The notes below the pieces were generated by a model. It saw nothing but the letters and a program-made list of their open reading frames with translations, was not told the DNA's origin and did not search any database. Below are positions 28,257-39,585 of a stretch of DNA of 64,000 nt, in pieces. How positions within the stretch are numbered: the stretch's first letter is position 1; every line of letters starts with the position of its first letter. Source of the stretch: an uncultured bacterium (GTDB lineage Bacteria; Desulfobacterota_D; UBA1144; Nemesobacterales; UBA2774); assembly GCA_963705505.1 (NCBI GenBank), contig CAVPJU010000001.1, positions 192,001-256,000 on the forward strand, read 5' to 3'. A program made the translations under genes and the position numbers.

Positions 28257-29072
28257 TTATTCGGGTTTTTTCGATATGATCAGGTGATTGGCCGCTCTTC
28301 CTTCGTCTATCAGGCGTAGATAGGTGTCGAAGTATTGAATGTGATAATCGGTGTTCTCCTTACCCTGCTCCTTAACTATTTCCTCGTAATGTTTCTTATA
28401 TGCGTCGCCCCATTTCTTGTTCTGAACCCTGAAGTCGGAAACGTATTCCGTAATCTCCTCTATTTCAAAGCCCGCTTTTTTTAGTTTGTCGCGGTAGTTG
28501 GGAAGCGAATCGTAGTACTGGGGGATGAGGTATCCGCGCGCCATTTTCCTTTTCACTTCCGGATCACCGGGCATATCGAAAGTGCCGCTTAGGAACGCCC
28601 ATATGCCGCCCCGCTTCAATACCCTGCGCACTTCCTTGAAGAGTCCTATTTTGTCCTCGAACACATTCATGACATTGAGGCTGATCGCAATGTCGAAGGT
28701 GTCATCGTCAAAGGGCGTCTTCATAGCATCCCCCAAATGGAACTCGGTTTTATCCTCGAGTCCGGATCTTTTCGCTAATTTCCTTGACATCTCCACCCCA
28801 ACATCGGAGATGTCGATCCCGGCGATTCTGCACCCCGTTTTGCTTGCTATGTATACGGCCGGGCCGCCCACGCCGCTTCCCACGTCGAGGATATAACTGC
28901 CCTCATTGATATTGAGCCTGTGGACGATTTCGTCAAGGTATCCGGGTGTGATGAATGACTGCTGCCCGATATCGTTCTCCTTTCCCCAGATCGACTCTCT
29001 CAAAAGCCTGTTAGCCGGGCTGTCTATCTGGTGGAGAATGGAATAATCTACTCCTATTTTTTTCTCGCTCAT
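28257..29072 (-). CDS. Class I SAM-dependent methyltransferase (N-methyltransferase-like)
   Basis: LDVGSGVGGP, GIDIS, GDAMKTPFDDDTFD and RVLKRGG motifs. Confidence 0.85.
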   Translation of the reverse strand: MSEKKIGVDYSILHQIDSPANRLLRESIWGKENDIGQQSFITPGYLDEIVHRLNINEGSYILDVGSGVGGPAVYIASKTGCRIAGIDISDVGVEMSRKLAKRSGLEDKTEFHLGDAMKTPFDDDTFDIAISLNVMNVFEDKIGLFKEVRRVLKRGGIWAFLSGTFDMPGDPEVKRKMARGYLIPQYYDSLPNYRDKLKKAGFEIEEITEYVSDFRVQNKKWGDAYKKHYEEIVKEQGKENTDYHIQYFDTYLRLIDEGRAANHLIISKKPE

Positions 29073-29191
29073 TTTACCGTTTCTCTGTGATGGGATTCTG
29101 AATCCGGTTTTGAGTTGCCGGTTCCCGCCATATTAATATGTGATTATATCTTATGGAGTATCCGCGAAGAAGACCTAATTTTAGTAACATT

Positions 29192-29956
29192 CTACTTTGC
29201 GCTCATTCCGCCGTCCACCGAAAGCATTGCGCCTGTGGTGAATTTGATATTATCGTCGCACAGGAATAAAACCGCATAGGCGATCTCCTCGGGTTGAGCC
29301 AGCCGCCCGATGGGGTGAACCGATATATATCGCTTTTCGCCAATTTCCCTCTCTCCCCATTCTTCGAACAATACATCCATCATAGGTGTATAAATCGTGC
29401 CCGGGCATACGGCGTTCACACGGATCCCTTTATCCGCGTATTCGAGAGCCATGCTCCTCGTAAGCTGGTTTACAGCGCCTTTGGACGCGCTGTATGCGGC
29501 GAAGCCTGCGGGAGAAGCCTTGAGCCCCAATATAGACGAGTTATTCACGATCGAGCCGCCGCCGTTTTTGATCATGTGGGGAAGGGTATGCTTGGACATC
29601 AGGTATACGCCTTTAACGTTGATATCGAACGTCTCATCCCACATTACCGTAGCGGTCTCGTGCGTGTTCGACTTGTAGCAAACCCCGGCGTTGTTGAAAA
29701 GTATGTCTATGCGGCTGAATTTACTTACTGTAAAATCGACTGCTTTTTTGCAGTCGGTTTCATTGGATACATCCCCCACAAGGTAGCTGATTTCCAACCC
29801 TTCGTTCCCAAGCTCGAGGGAAGTACCGTTAAGTGAATTTTCAGTGCGCCCCGTAATAACGACATTCGCTCCCTCCCTCGCGAAAAGACGCGCCGTTGCC
29901 TTTCCGATCCCTGTACCGCCCCCCGTGATTATGGCCGTCTTGTCTTTGAGTTTCAT
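29192..29956 (-). CDS. Short-chain dehydrogenase/reductase
   Basis: TGGGTGIG, NNAG, YSASK and VNAVCPG motifs. Confidence 0.93.
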   Translation of the reverse strand: MKLKDKTAIITGGGTGIGKATARLFAREGANVVITGRTENSLNGTSLELGNEGLEISYLVGDVSNETDCKKAVDFTVSKFSRIDILFNNAGVCYKSNTHETATVMWDETFDINVKGVYLMSKHTLPHMIKNGGGSIVNNSSILGLKASPAGFAAYSASKGAVNQLTRSMALEYADKGIRVNAVCPGTIYTPMMDVLFEEWGEREIGEKRYISVHPIGRLAQPEEIAYAVLFLCDDNIKFTTGAMLSVDGGMSAK

Positions 29957-30021
29957 GTCGTCAGCTTTTTCCGGCTGGCAATAATTATGGAGGAGATTAA
30001 TGTTTAATCAATAAGAGAATG

Positions 30022-31449
30022 TTACCGTATATCGCCGGGATTTATTTCGTCGAGGGACCTTCCGGTAGTGTTTATCTTGAAAATTGCTGTTACTACGAGC
30101 CCCAGTATCGCTGCAATAGCGACTAAGACAAGGGTAGACGGTATACCTACGGAAGATTTAAGTATCGGCAATAAGAAAATACCGAACGCGGCGCCTAATT
30201 TTGCGGCCGATGTGGCGATCCCGTGTGCGGATGCGCGCATAGAGGTGGGGAATAATTCAGCCGGCAGGATAAAGGTAGTTGCATTCGGCCCCATATTCAT
30301 CATAAGGTTGAACAAAATAAAGCCGGGTATTACCAGGTAGGGGCTTGCATTACCCTGGGTTCCTGTATCCGAGGCCACTGCCAATATGCAGAGTCCAAGC
30401 GCCATACCCCCGAAACCCAGAATCTGGAGCCTGATTCGTCCCCACTTGTCCACGAGCCAGATGTTTAGAAGGAAGCCTGCGATCAGGAATGAGTCGAGAT
30501 ATGCGGCCCCCTCCGTGGCGGCCAAATCTTTCAAGATGAAATTCGTCTCTTTATCGTAAGTTATTATTGCAAGGATTGTCGGGGTGAATAGTCCGATACC
30601 ATAAGTAGCAATATCCATACAGAACCAGGGTACGACGGCGAGGATGGTACGCTTTATATATTGCCTTGTCAGCAGATGTCCGTACCCCATTCTCTTTCTT
30701 GCGGCATGCTTTGCATGGGTCGCCGTGTCAGCCACTAAATCTTTAACCCGGTCTTTTAAATCCGGTACGATCCTGGCTATGATATCGCCCGCTTTTTCAA
30801 AATATCCCTTGTCTATAAGCCAGCGCGGACTTTCGGGTACTGTAGTACGCAATACCAGGACAATTACTGCGGGCACAACACCCAGTCCCAGCATCCACCG
30901 CCATGCCTCGAATTCAGGAAAGATTTTAAGAACAATGACTCCTACCAGTGCGCCGCTTAACATTCCTGCGGCCTGGAAGCTGAATGCGCCTATTAACATT
31001 CTGCCTCTGATACGGGTCGGCATAAATTCGGAAACGTAGGAGGCGCAAATGGGATAGTCGACCCCGACCCCGATGCCCAGCAAGAATCGGAACACGATGA
31101 GCGACCCGACATCCCATGAGAATGCCGTCAGCAATCCGAAGATTATAAAGAAAGCCAGGTCAACAATGTATAAAGCTTTTCTTCCATAACGATCTGTAAA
31201 CCTTCCTCCCAGGAATCCTCCCAATACCGAACCCAGAACGGCCGCAGCCCCTATGAGTCCCGTCATAAAGGGAGAGGGAGAAAATTCTCGGGCAATCAGA
31301 GGCAGTGCGACGCCTATAATAAAAAGGTCGAAACCGTCGAGGAAAACACCCATTGAGGACAGAAACCACACCCTCCAATGGAGACCCATGAGTTTTGTTT
31401 CTTCCAGGGCTTGATTCAATGAGGTTATTTCATATTGTTTCTCAGGCAT
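30022..31449 (-). CDS. MFS transporter (sugar-porter/metabolite type)
   Basis: DGFDLF, DRYGRK, PESPRW and AELFPT motifs; about 12 TM helices. Confidence 0.92.
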   Translation of the reverse strand: MPEKQYEITSLNQALEETKLMGLHWRVWFLSSMGVFLDGFDLFIIGVALPLIAREFSPSPFMTGLIGAAAVLGSVLGGFLGGRFTDRYGRKALYIVDLAFFIIFGLLTAFSWDVGSLIVFRFLLGIGVGVDYPICASYVSEFMPTRIRGRMLIGAFSFQAAGMLSGALVGVIVLKIFPEFEAWRWMLGLGVVPAVIVLVLRTTVPESPRWLIDKGYFEKAGDIIARIVPDLKDRVKDLVADTATHAKHAARKRMGYGHLLTRQYIKRTILAVVPWFCMDIATYGIGLFTPTILAIITYDKETNFILKDLAATEGAAYLDSFLIAGFLLNIWLVDKWGRIRLQILGFGGMALGLCILAVASDTGTQGNASPYLVIPGFILFNLMMNMGPNATTFILPAELFPTSMRASAHGIATSAAKLGAAFGIFLLPILKSSVGIPSTLVLVAIAAILGLVVTAIFKINTTGRSLDEINPGDIR

Positions 31450-31615
31450 GACCCTCCCCCATTCATTCTAGGAAACTACCTTCCTATTCCTTCTCGACGT
31501 ATTAAGGGGGTATGAAATTTCGATTAAGGTGATTTATAATCTCTTAACGGATTTTCAACGAAAAGGGCGATATAATAAGTGACTAACTTTGTTCAAATAC
31601 GGAGAGGATGATAAT

Positions 31616-34600
31616 ATGGGAAATTCTTCTGATAATAAGCCCCGGTTTAACGACCCGAAAAATATAGCTATTGCGCTCCTTGTGCTGATAGCCCTCATAA
31701 TGGGGTTTTTGCTTGTCAAGAACAACCTCCCCATTTCGGGCATGAAAAAGACACTGTCCGCTGCAAAGGGGGGAAGCGTATCGGTGGTCGAGGTCAAATT
31801 CGACGACCAGGACAACAGTTTTGTCGATATTATTTTTAATAAACCCGTAGGAAAAAACGAAGAGGGAGAGATACTAGGCCGGGACCCGGCAACGATTGTC
31901 CCTCCCGTAAACGGCTCATGGACGTGGAAGACCCCGAACGTGTTGAGCTTTCAGGCGTCTTATAAGTTCAACATGGCTACGGACTACAAGATTACACTCA
32001 AGCCGGAAAATTTCTTAAAGCCCGGCGACTCACTCGGCGGGAAGACCGAGTTCGAGGTACGGACGGACAAATTCAAAATCGTGCAGGCTACTGTCGTGGA
32101 AGAGCCCGTCCCGGATAAGAAAAATACAGTCACTCTCGTCGGGACAATCGATTTCAACTACGCCGTCGATCCGGGTGTCGTTGCCAGGAAAATAAGGCTC
32201 ATCGAAGTCCCTTCCGCAAAGGGGGGAGAGGAATTGTCTATCCCCGTAAAGCTCATCACCGACTACTGGAATACGACGATCAAGTGGAGCAGTGACCCGA
32301 TTGAAAAGATGGCTCAGGAAAGGGAGTTTAAGCTCGTAATAGTCGGAGACCTCACTCCTGCCGAAGGCAATGTGGAGCTCGGCAGCGATTACGTCGAAAA
32401 GATATTACTCGGGTCAAAGGACAAGCTTGCCGTCAGGAGTGTGGAGCCCAAATCCGAATACCCCAAGTCCTCGATCGAAATGGGGTTTTCCTCTTCTGTG
32501 AGCCCCGACATAGCGGCCGAATATATATCGGTCGACCCCAAGGTGAATTACACGGTTAAAAGGGTGCAGAACGATCTGATCCTCACGGGGGATTTCGTTC
32601 CCGGAAGCAAGTATCAGCTCTCGATAGCCAAGGGGCTTCCCGCGCTCGATGACGCCGTGCTGAGGGAGGAATACAAGAAAGAGATCCAGTTTGCTGATTT
32701 AGCTCCGAAAATAGAATTCGAGAGCCCGGGGATGTTCCTCGATGCAAAGGGCACTCAGGCAGTGGTGCTCAAATCCATAAATTTAGACAGTATCGACCTT
32801 ACGGTTGACCGCGTATACCTCAACAACCTCTTTTTTCTCTTTCAGTCCTACGGATACTCGGTCTGGAGGGACGAGTTCTACCAGGGCACGGTCGGTGATT
32901 ATCTGGGCGGCCGTATGGCGGAGGAGCTCGACTTTAAGATTGCGAACAAGCTCAACCAGCAGGTATCCACTGTGCTCAATCTTCAAAAGTACATCCCTCA
33001 GAACGAGCCCGGACTTTATCAGGTCGGGATACTGCCCAAGGGTGAGTATCAGGGGGTGCAGAAATGGGTGCTCATCACGGATATAGGGATCGTTGCCAAG
33101 AAGGGCAAAGACGATTTCCTAGTGTGGACTTCTTCGTTCTCGAACCTCGGGCCCGTAACGGGCGCGGACGTGAGGGTCATCAGCGACCAGAACCAGCTGA
33201 TCGCAAGGGGAAAGACCGATGCGAAGGGTATTTTCAGGGCGGCGGGGTTATCTGACAAATTCCTCAGCAACAAGCCTTATATGGTTACCGTGGAGAAGGG
33301 CGGGGATTTCAGCTTCCTTATCCTCGACAACATGGCGATAGACACGTCGGGACTCGATGTCGGGGGAGCGGTTCCGTCGACACAGGGATACACCGCATAC
33401 GTTTACGGCGAGAGGGACATATACCGCCCCGGCGAGACTGTCGAGGGTGTCGCGGTGGTCAGGGACTCCAACCTGAATACGCCTTCCCCGATGCCCGTCG
33501 TACTCAAGCAGAAAGACGCGAGAGGACGCGTCGTCAAAACGATAAAGGAAACGATAAACGAAGAAGGTCTCGTGTCTTTCTCGATCCCGATACCCGAGTT
33601 TGCCCCAACGGGGAACAATACGCTCGAAGTGCTCGCGGGAGATGAGCTTATCGGACAGTACCTCTTCCAGGTCGAGGAGTTCATCCCCGACCGTATCAGG
33701 GTGAAGATCGAGACAGCGGAGGACAACGTCCCGTTAGGAAAAGAGCTGGCATACGAAGTAAGGGGTGCATATCTCTTCGGCCCTCCCGCTTCAGGCCTCT
33801 CCGTTCAGACCCTCGTTGACCTCGTCGAGCGTCCGTTCCTTCCCGAGGGTTACAAGGGTTACGTCTTCACGAACCCCGACAGGAAGTATGACGCGAAGGA
33901 GATATTCAGGTCTGAGGGGAATCTCGATGCGGACGGTGTCAAGAAATTCACTGTCAATATACCGGAAGGGCTGAGACCGGCTTCGTCTCTTCAGGCCCAG
34001 GTCACCGCGCGCGTCCAGGAAGCCGGCGGACGCGGTGTGAACGCGCTCAGGAAGATCAACGTCGATCCCTATCCTTATTATCTCGGGCTAAAGCGGAAGA
34101 CACCGGATCAATATGCGGAGCCCGGCAAGGAAATAGAATTCGAATACGTCGCGCTGGCGCCTAAAGGCGAGGGTACGGAAGAGGTAAAAACCGGCGGGTT
34201 GAAGGCCGAGTTTTATAAGGACGTATGGAATACCGTTTTAAGGAGAACTTCTACAGGAAATTATAAATACGAATCGAAGCGCGATTCGGTCCTCATCAAT
34301 TCCATGACAATTGACAGCGGGGCTCCGAAGGGGAGCTTCGTCTTTACCGCACCCGAATTCGGGAGCTACAGGGTCGTGCTCACAGACCCGAAAGGAGGCG
34401 CCTCCACACAGGTCCAGTTCTACGCGAGCGGATGGGGGTTTTCACCGTGGGCGGTCGAGAACCCGGCCCGTATAGACCTAGACCTCGAAAAAAAGGAATA
34501 CATGCCCGGGGAAACCGCGAAGGTTCAGGTGCGCGCCCCCTTCTCGGGCAAACTCCTCATAACAGTCGAGAGGGACGGTGTTTATTACACGGAGACCCAT

Positions 34601-37138
34601 AGCCTCGACGGGAACACCGCCACGATCGAGGTGCCCGTGAGCGAGAAATACCGGCCGAACGCCTATATCACGGCTACATTGGTAAGGGGTGTCAAGGAGC
34701 TCGAGCCCGGCTCCGCAGGAAGGGCATTCGGTGCTATTCCGATAAACGTGGACAGGACTGCGAACGATATAGACGTCGAAATTACGGCGCCCGAGGAGAT
34801 AAGGCCCCTAACCCCGCTCGAAATCGGGGTCAAGACACTCCCGGGTGCGACAGTCACTATCGCAGCGGTCGATGAAGGCATATTACAGCTCATTGACCAG
34901 AAGACTCCTGACCCTTTCACATTTTTCTACAGAAAGCTCGCGCTCGAAGTGACGGCGTACGACACGTTCTCGCTCCTCCTCCCGGACGTATCACTCGGGT
35001 TATCGCCTCCCGGCGGCGGTTTCGGCGCTAAAAAGGAGATGCAGTTCCTGAGCACCCAGGGCATAAGGAGGGTAAAGCCGGTCGCTTTCTGGTCGGGCGT
35101 GTTGAAGACCGACGCTCAAGGAAAGGCGACGTTCAAGCTCGACATGCCGCAGTTTCAGGGAGCTGTCCGCATCATGGCGGTAGCAGTCAGGGGAGAGGAA
35201 TTCGGCTCCTCGGAAAAATTTACGCGGGTGAAATCACCCATTGTAATCCTGCCTACCGTCCCGAGGTTCTTCTCATTAAATGAGAGCGTCGTGATACCGG
35301 TCTCCGTCAGAAACGATACGAAAAAGGACGGAACAATAACAGTCGATACGGTCATAGAGGGACCCGCATCCGTCAGTGAAATGAAAGGCGGCTCGGACAA
35401 GCAGAAAACTCCGAGTACCGCAAAGGAAGCTAAAATGGAGGTCGAGATTCCGAACGGCGGAGAGAAAACGGTTTACTTCGTTATAGATACAGTCGACGAG
35501 ACGGGTGCGCTCGCAATCAAAACCACCGCGTCCGGAAATGGAGAATCCACGAGCTCTGATATCGACGTATCCATACTCCCCGATCTGCCCATTAGGAGGG
35601 AGGAGAAGTTGGGCAGCTTAAAAACAGCGGACACAGAGCTGCCCATAGAGAATGTCGACTCCTACCGTACGGGGACCATAAAGAGGGATCTCTATATAAG
35701 CAAGATTCCGCTCATTCAGTTCTCAGGCAAGCTCGAATACCTGCTCCAGTACCCGTACGGATGCCTGGAGCAGGTGACTTCCCGCGTTTTCCCTCTGATA
35801 TATCTATCGGACATAGCCAAGCAAGTCGACCCGGATGTGTTTAAGAAGGCCGACCCCGCAGCCATGGTGCAGGAGGGGATAAGACAGATGGGCACTATGC
35901 AGGTGGAGGGGGGTGGTTTTTCCCTTTGGCCGGGCGGCGTGGATGCTGAGCCGTGGGCGAGCATATACGCTGCGCATTTCCTCGTCGAGGCACGCAAAGC
36001 CGGCTACTTCGTCGACGATTCCCTTTACTCGGGGGCGATCGAGTATGTGAGGAATATCGTGAAGGCAAAGCCCGATTACAGCACCGGGGAGCTCGAGCGC
36101 GCGGTTTATGGGCTCTATGTCCTGAGCCGCGACGGGAAACCCGATTTGAGCACTATGGATTTCATAAGGGACCGTCATAAGGACGAGCTGACCGTGGAAT
36201 CGAGAGCGCTCCTCGGCGGGGCGTACGCCGCCTCAGGCAATGCGGCGGCGCTCGAGGAGCTTCTCAAGGGTCTTAACGACGTTGAAGAAGTCGCAAGGCA
36301 GACGGGCGGGAACTTTAACTCCACGATCAGGAACCGCGCTATACTCCTTCTCGCTATACTGGATGTGAACCCTGATGACCCGAGGGTCCCTGCCCTGGTA
36401 GAGCGGCTTTCGAGGGACGCCGAGCTCAACGAATGGTGGACGACCCAGGAGAGCTCTTTCGCGCTCCTAGCTATAGGACAGTTCGTCAAGAGGCAGAGCG
36501 AGGCCCCGCCCTACACGGGAAAGGTCTATGTAGGGGACGAAGAGAAGGCGACGTTCAGCAGCGAAGAGACACTTAGCCTCACGGACATCGCGGGCGATAA
36601 GCCGATCAGGATCAAGATGGACGAGGGATACAAGGAAGGGAGCGCCTTTTATTCCACGCTCACAAGCGGTTTCCCGACGCGTAAAGGGTTTCAGCCCGCT
36701 CAGGACGGTCTCCTCGTGCAGAGGGAATTCCTGACGAGGGACGGCGCTCCTGTCGATCCGGCCAACATAGTTCAGGGCGACCTGATCGTGGTCAGGACCA
36801 AGATGCAGAGCTCATCGGGCCCTCTTCAAAACGTCGTAATCGAAAATCTCCTGCCATCTGGGTTCGAGGTCGAAAACCCGAGGTTAAAGACGACCGAGAC
36901 GCTCTCATGGGCGACGGGGGATAGTGTCGAGCCCGCATACATGGACATACGCGACGACCGTATATTGATATTCACTGACCTTCCGGACGCCAAGTGGTAT
37001 AACTACTACGCGCTTCTTCGGGTCGTCAATCCGGGGACGTTTACGGTACCGCCCGTTCAGGCGGAGGCCATGTACTCGCCCAATGTAAGATTCACCGGGA
37101 AGCTAGAGGACCCGCTCGTCGTTAAATTGAGGCAATAA
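31616..37138 (+). CDS. Bacterial alpha-2-macroglobulin with thioester motif
   Basis: TDIGIVAK, RDIYRPGE, AAVDEGIL, YPYGCLEQ (CxEQ), TTQE and AEAMY motifs; followed by pbpC. Confidence 0.93.
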   Translation: MGNSSDNKPRFNDPKNIAIALLVLIALIMGFLLVKNNLPISGMKKTLSAAKGGSVSVVEVKFDDQDNSFVDIIFNKPVGKNEEGEILGRDPATIVPPVNGSWTWKTPNVLSFQASYKFNMATDYKITLKPENFLKPGDSLGGKTEFEVRTDKFKIVQATVVEEPVPDKKNTVTLVGTIDFNYAVDPGVVARKIRLIEVPSAKGGEELSIPVKLITDYWNTTIKWSSDPIEKMAQEREFKLVIVGDLTPAEGNVELGSDYVEKILLGSKDKLAVRSVEPKSEYPKSSIEMGFSSSVSPDIAAEYISVDPKVNYTVKRVQNDLILTGDFVPGSKYQLSIAKGLPALDDAVLREEYKKEIQFADLAPKIEFESPGMFLDAKGTQAVVLKSINLDSIDLTVDRVYLNNLFFLFQSYGYSVWRDEFYQGTVGDYLGGRMAEELDFKIANKLNQQVSTVLNLQKYIPQNEPGLYQVGILPKGEYQGVQKWVLITDIGIVAKKGKDDFLVWTSSFSNLGPVTGADVRVISDQNQLIARGKTDAKGIFRAAGLSDKFLSNKPYMVTVEKGGDFSFLILDNMAIDTSGLDVGGAVPSTQGYTAYVYGERDIYRPGETVEGVAVVRDSNLNTPSPMPVVLKQKDARGRVVKTIKETINEEGLVSFSIPIPEFAPTGNNTLEVLAGDELIGQYLFQVEEFIPDRIRVKIETAEDNVPLGKELAYEVRGAYLFGPPASGLSVQTLVDLVERPFLPEGYKGYVFTNPDRKYDAKEIFRSEGNLDADGVKKFTVNIPEGLRPASSLQAQVTARVQEAGGRGVNALRKINVDPYPYYLGLKRKTPDQYAEPGKEIEFEYVALAPKGEGTEEVKTGGLKAEFYKDVWNTVLRRTSTGNYKYESKRDSVLINSMTIDSGAPKGSFVFTAPEFGSYRVVLTDPKGGASTQVQFYASGWGFSPWAVENPARIDLDLEKKEYMPGETAKVQVRAPFSGKLLITVERDGVYYTETHSLDGNTATIEVPVSEKYRPNAYITATLVRGVKELEPGSAGRAFGAIPINVDRTANDIDVEITAPEEIRPLTPLEIGVKTLPGATVTIAAVDEGILQLIDQKTPDPFTFFYRKLALEVTAYDTFSLLLPDVSLGLSPPGGGFGAKKEMQFLSTQGIRRVKPVAFWSGVLKTDAQGKATFKLDMPQFQGAVRIMAVAVRGEEFGSSEKFTRVKSPIVILPTVPRFFSLNESVVIPVSVRNDTKKDGTITVDTVIEGPASVSEMKGGSDKQKTPSTAKEAKMEVEIPNGGEKTVYFVIDTVDETGALAIKTTASGNGESTSSDIDVSILPDLPIRREEKLGSLKTADTELPIENVDSYRTGTIKRDLYISKIPLIQFSGKLEYLLQYPYGCLEQVTSRVFPLIYLSDIAKQVDPDVFKKADPAAMVQEGIRQMGTMQVEGGGFSLWPGGVDAEPWASIYAAHFLVEARKAGYFVDDSLYSGAIEYVRNIVKAKPDYSTGELERAVYGLYVLSRDGKPDLSTMDFIRDRHKDELTVESRALLGGAYAASGNAAALEELLKGLNDVEEVARQTGGNFNSTIRNRAILLLAILDVNPDDPRVPALVERLSRDAELNEWWTTQESSFALLAIGQFVKRQSEAPPYTGKVYVGDEEKATFSSEETLSLTDIAGDKPIRIKMDEGYKEGSAFYSTLTSGFPTRKGFQPAQDGLLVQREFLTRDGAPVDPANIVQGDLIVVRTKMQSSSGPLQNVVIENLLPSGFEVENPRLKTTETLSWATGDSVEPAYMDIRDDRILIFTDLPDAKWYNYYALLRVVNPGTFTVPPVQAEAMYSPNVRFTGKLEDPLVVKLRQ

Positions 37139-37170
37139 ACAGGTCTCTCTTCATAGTAACAGAGGCGTAC

Positions 37171-39565
37171 ATGGAGCTGCTTAGAAAAATACCGGGAATT
37201 TTCACACCATTTAAAAAGACGGCGGCGGTATTTATTCTCGCATCGGTTACATTCGTTCTAAATGTATTCCTGCTTTTTTTCGTACTGGATTATCTATTCC
37301 CGTTCCCCGTCGAATCGCTTAAGAGAGACCCGACTGCGGTAATCACGGACAGAAACGGCAGGCCCCTGAGATTCTTTCTGCCCGAGGACAAGCGCTGGCG
37401 CTTCCCCGTGAAGCTCGCGGACGTTTCGCCTAAGCTCGTGGAAGCTGTCATTGCGTCCGAAGACAGGTGGTTTCACATTCATCCGGGGGTGAACCCGTTC
37501 GCTCTGGCGAGGGCTTTTTACACTAATATAAAAGAGGGCAGGGTCGTCTCGGGCGCATCCACCATACCGATGCAGATTGCGCGCATGTCGGAGCCTAAAT
37601 CGAGGACAATATTTTCCAAAGCGGTCGAGGCGTTCCGCGCCCTGCAGTTAAAGCGCATGTTCGATGACGACGAGCTTCTCGAAATCTATCTCAACATAGC
37701 CCCCTACGGCGGCAATATCGAAGGGGTGGGGGCCGCGTCCTATTTTTACTTCGGCAAAAGCCCGCGGGCGCTCACACCTGGGGAGATAGCATTACTCACC
37801 GCGCTTCCCCGTTCGCCCGCCGCATATGATCCGACACGCAACCCTAAAGCGTCTAAGGGCGAAAGGGATAAGGTTTTACGCCAGCTTGCCGGGAGAGGGG
37901 TTTTTACTGCCGGCGACGCAAAGGCCGGAACGGAAGAACCAGTCCCGCGGAGCAGGAAGCCCCAGCCCTTCGTCGCGCCGCATTTTTCTGAATTCGTATA
38001 TCACGACATCTCGGAAGGCGGCAGCTTGAAAACCACGCTCGATACCTCCATTCAGAAGGTCGCGGAAGAGGTCGCGAGAAGACACATAGGGTTATTGAAG
38101 AACGACGGTATAGACAACCTGGCGATCGTCGTTATTGAGAACGGCACGAGAAAGCTGAGGGCGATGGTGGGCTCCGCCGATTATTTCGACAAAGCGCATT
38201 CCGGGCAGGTCAATTATGCCCTCGCGAGACGCTCCCCCGGCTCCGCATTGAAACCGTTTCTCTATGCGATGGCTTTAGACGAGGGGATCGTGATACCCGA
38301 GACGTACGTGCTCGACATACCGACCGACTTCTCAGGCTACGTCGCAGAGAATTACGACAGCAAATACAGGGGCAGGATCACGCTCGAGAACGCCCTGATA
38401 CTATCGCTTAACGCCCCCGCCGTGAGGCTCCTATCGCAGGTGGGTCTCAAGGACTTTCACAACCTCCTGTTAAAAGGCGGGCTTTCCACTCTCGACAGGC
38501 CGTCCGAGAAATACGGGCTCCCCCTCATACTCGGGGCAGGAGAGGTGAGGCTCCTTGACCTCGTCAACCTTTATACGACGCTCGCAAATGGAGGGGAGCA
38601 CGGTCAGGTGAACGTTTCGGAAGACAGAGGGCAGGATAAGGCCGATACGAGGCTCTTGTCGCGTGAGGCTTCTTATCTCATTACTGAAATACTTACGGGG
38701 CTCAAGCGCCCCGATATGCCCGCAAACACATGGGCACTTACCGAAGACGTCCCCGAAGTAGCCTGGAAGACGGGCACGTCCTACGGCCACAGGGACGCCT
38801 GGTCTCTCGGATACTCGAGCAAATACACGATAGGCGTCTGGGTGGGTAACCCGGACGGGAGAGGGCAGAAAGGCATCTCGGGCTCCGAGCACGCCGCGCC
38901 CATTCTCTTCGACCTGTTCCGCGGTATCGAGGGAGACGGAGCGAGGATCGTGAGGCCCGAAGGGCTCAACCTGGGCACGATCGAGGTATGCAGGGAGAGC
39001 CATCTGCTGCCCACGCCCTACTGCGGTGAAAGGGACAAGGTCACGTATATAAAAGGCGTGTCCCGGATACCCAGGGACAATTATTCGAGAAGGATCTTCG
39101 TCGATTCCGAAACGGGTGATTTGCTCCTCGGCGACTGTATCGGAGAGCGCCCCCACGAACCGCGCGTTATCACCACTTATCCGCCCGAGCTCGTCGCCTG
39201 GTGGATGGCGGACGGGAAGCCGGTTGACGGTGTCCCGCCGCTCAGTCCTTATTGTAATGACGTGTCTTCGGAGCGCCCGCCCAGAATTTTGTCTCCCGAT
39301 AAAGCGACCCCTTACCGTGTCTTAAAGGGCATGCCCTGCCGAATATCAGAGGGTCGAGCTCATCGCCGGGGTAAGCGAAGAAGTGGATATGCTTTACTGG
39401 TACCAGGACGGGAAGCTCGTGACCACGACGCGGCCTTATAAGAAAACATTTATCCCCCTCGAGGCTGGGACTCATCATCTGGCAGTCGTTGATTCTTCCG
39501 GACGGTCGGACAGTATCACGTACAAGGTCGAAAGCAGGGACAAGGTCGAAGTCGTAGTGAGATAA
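37171..39565 (+). CDS. pbpC: Penicillin-binding protein 1C with a +1 frameshift at about 39334-39337 before the C-terminal domain
   Basis: EDRWF and GASTIPMQ transglycosylase motifs; SALK, SLN and KTG transpeptidase motifs; C-terminal YWYQDG...VVDSSG domain lies in the +1 frame. Confidence 0.9.
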
Positions 39566-39585
39566 GAGCCTCGTATGGGGGGAAT

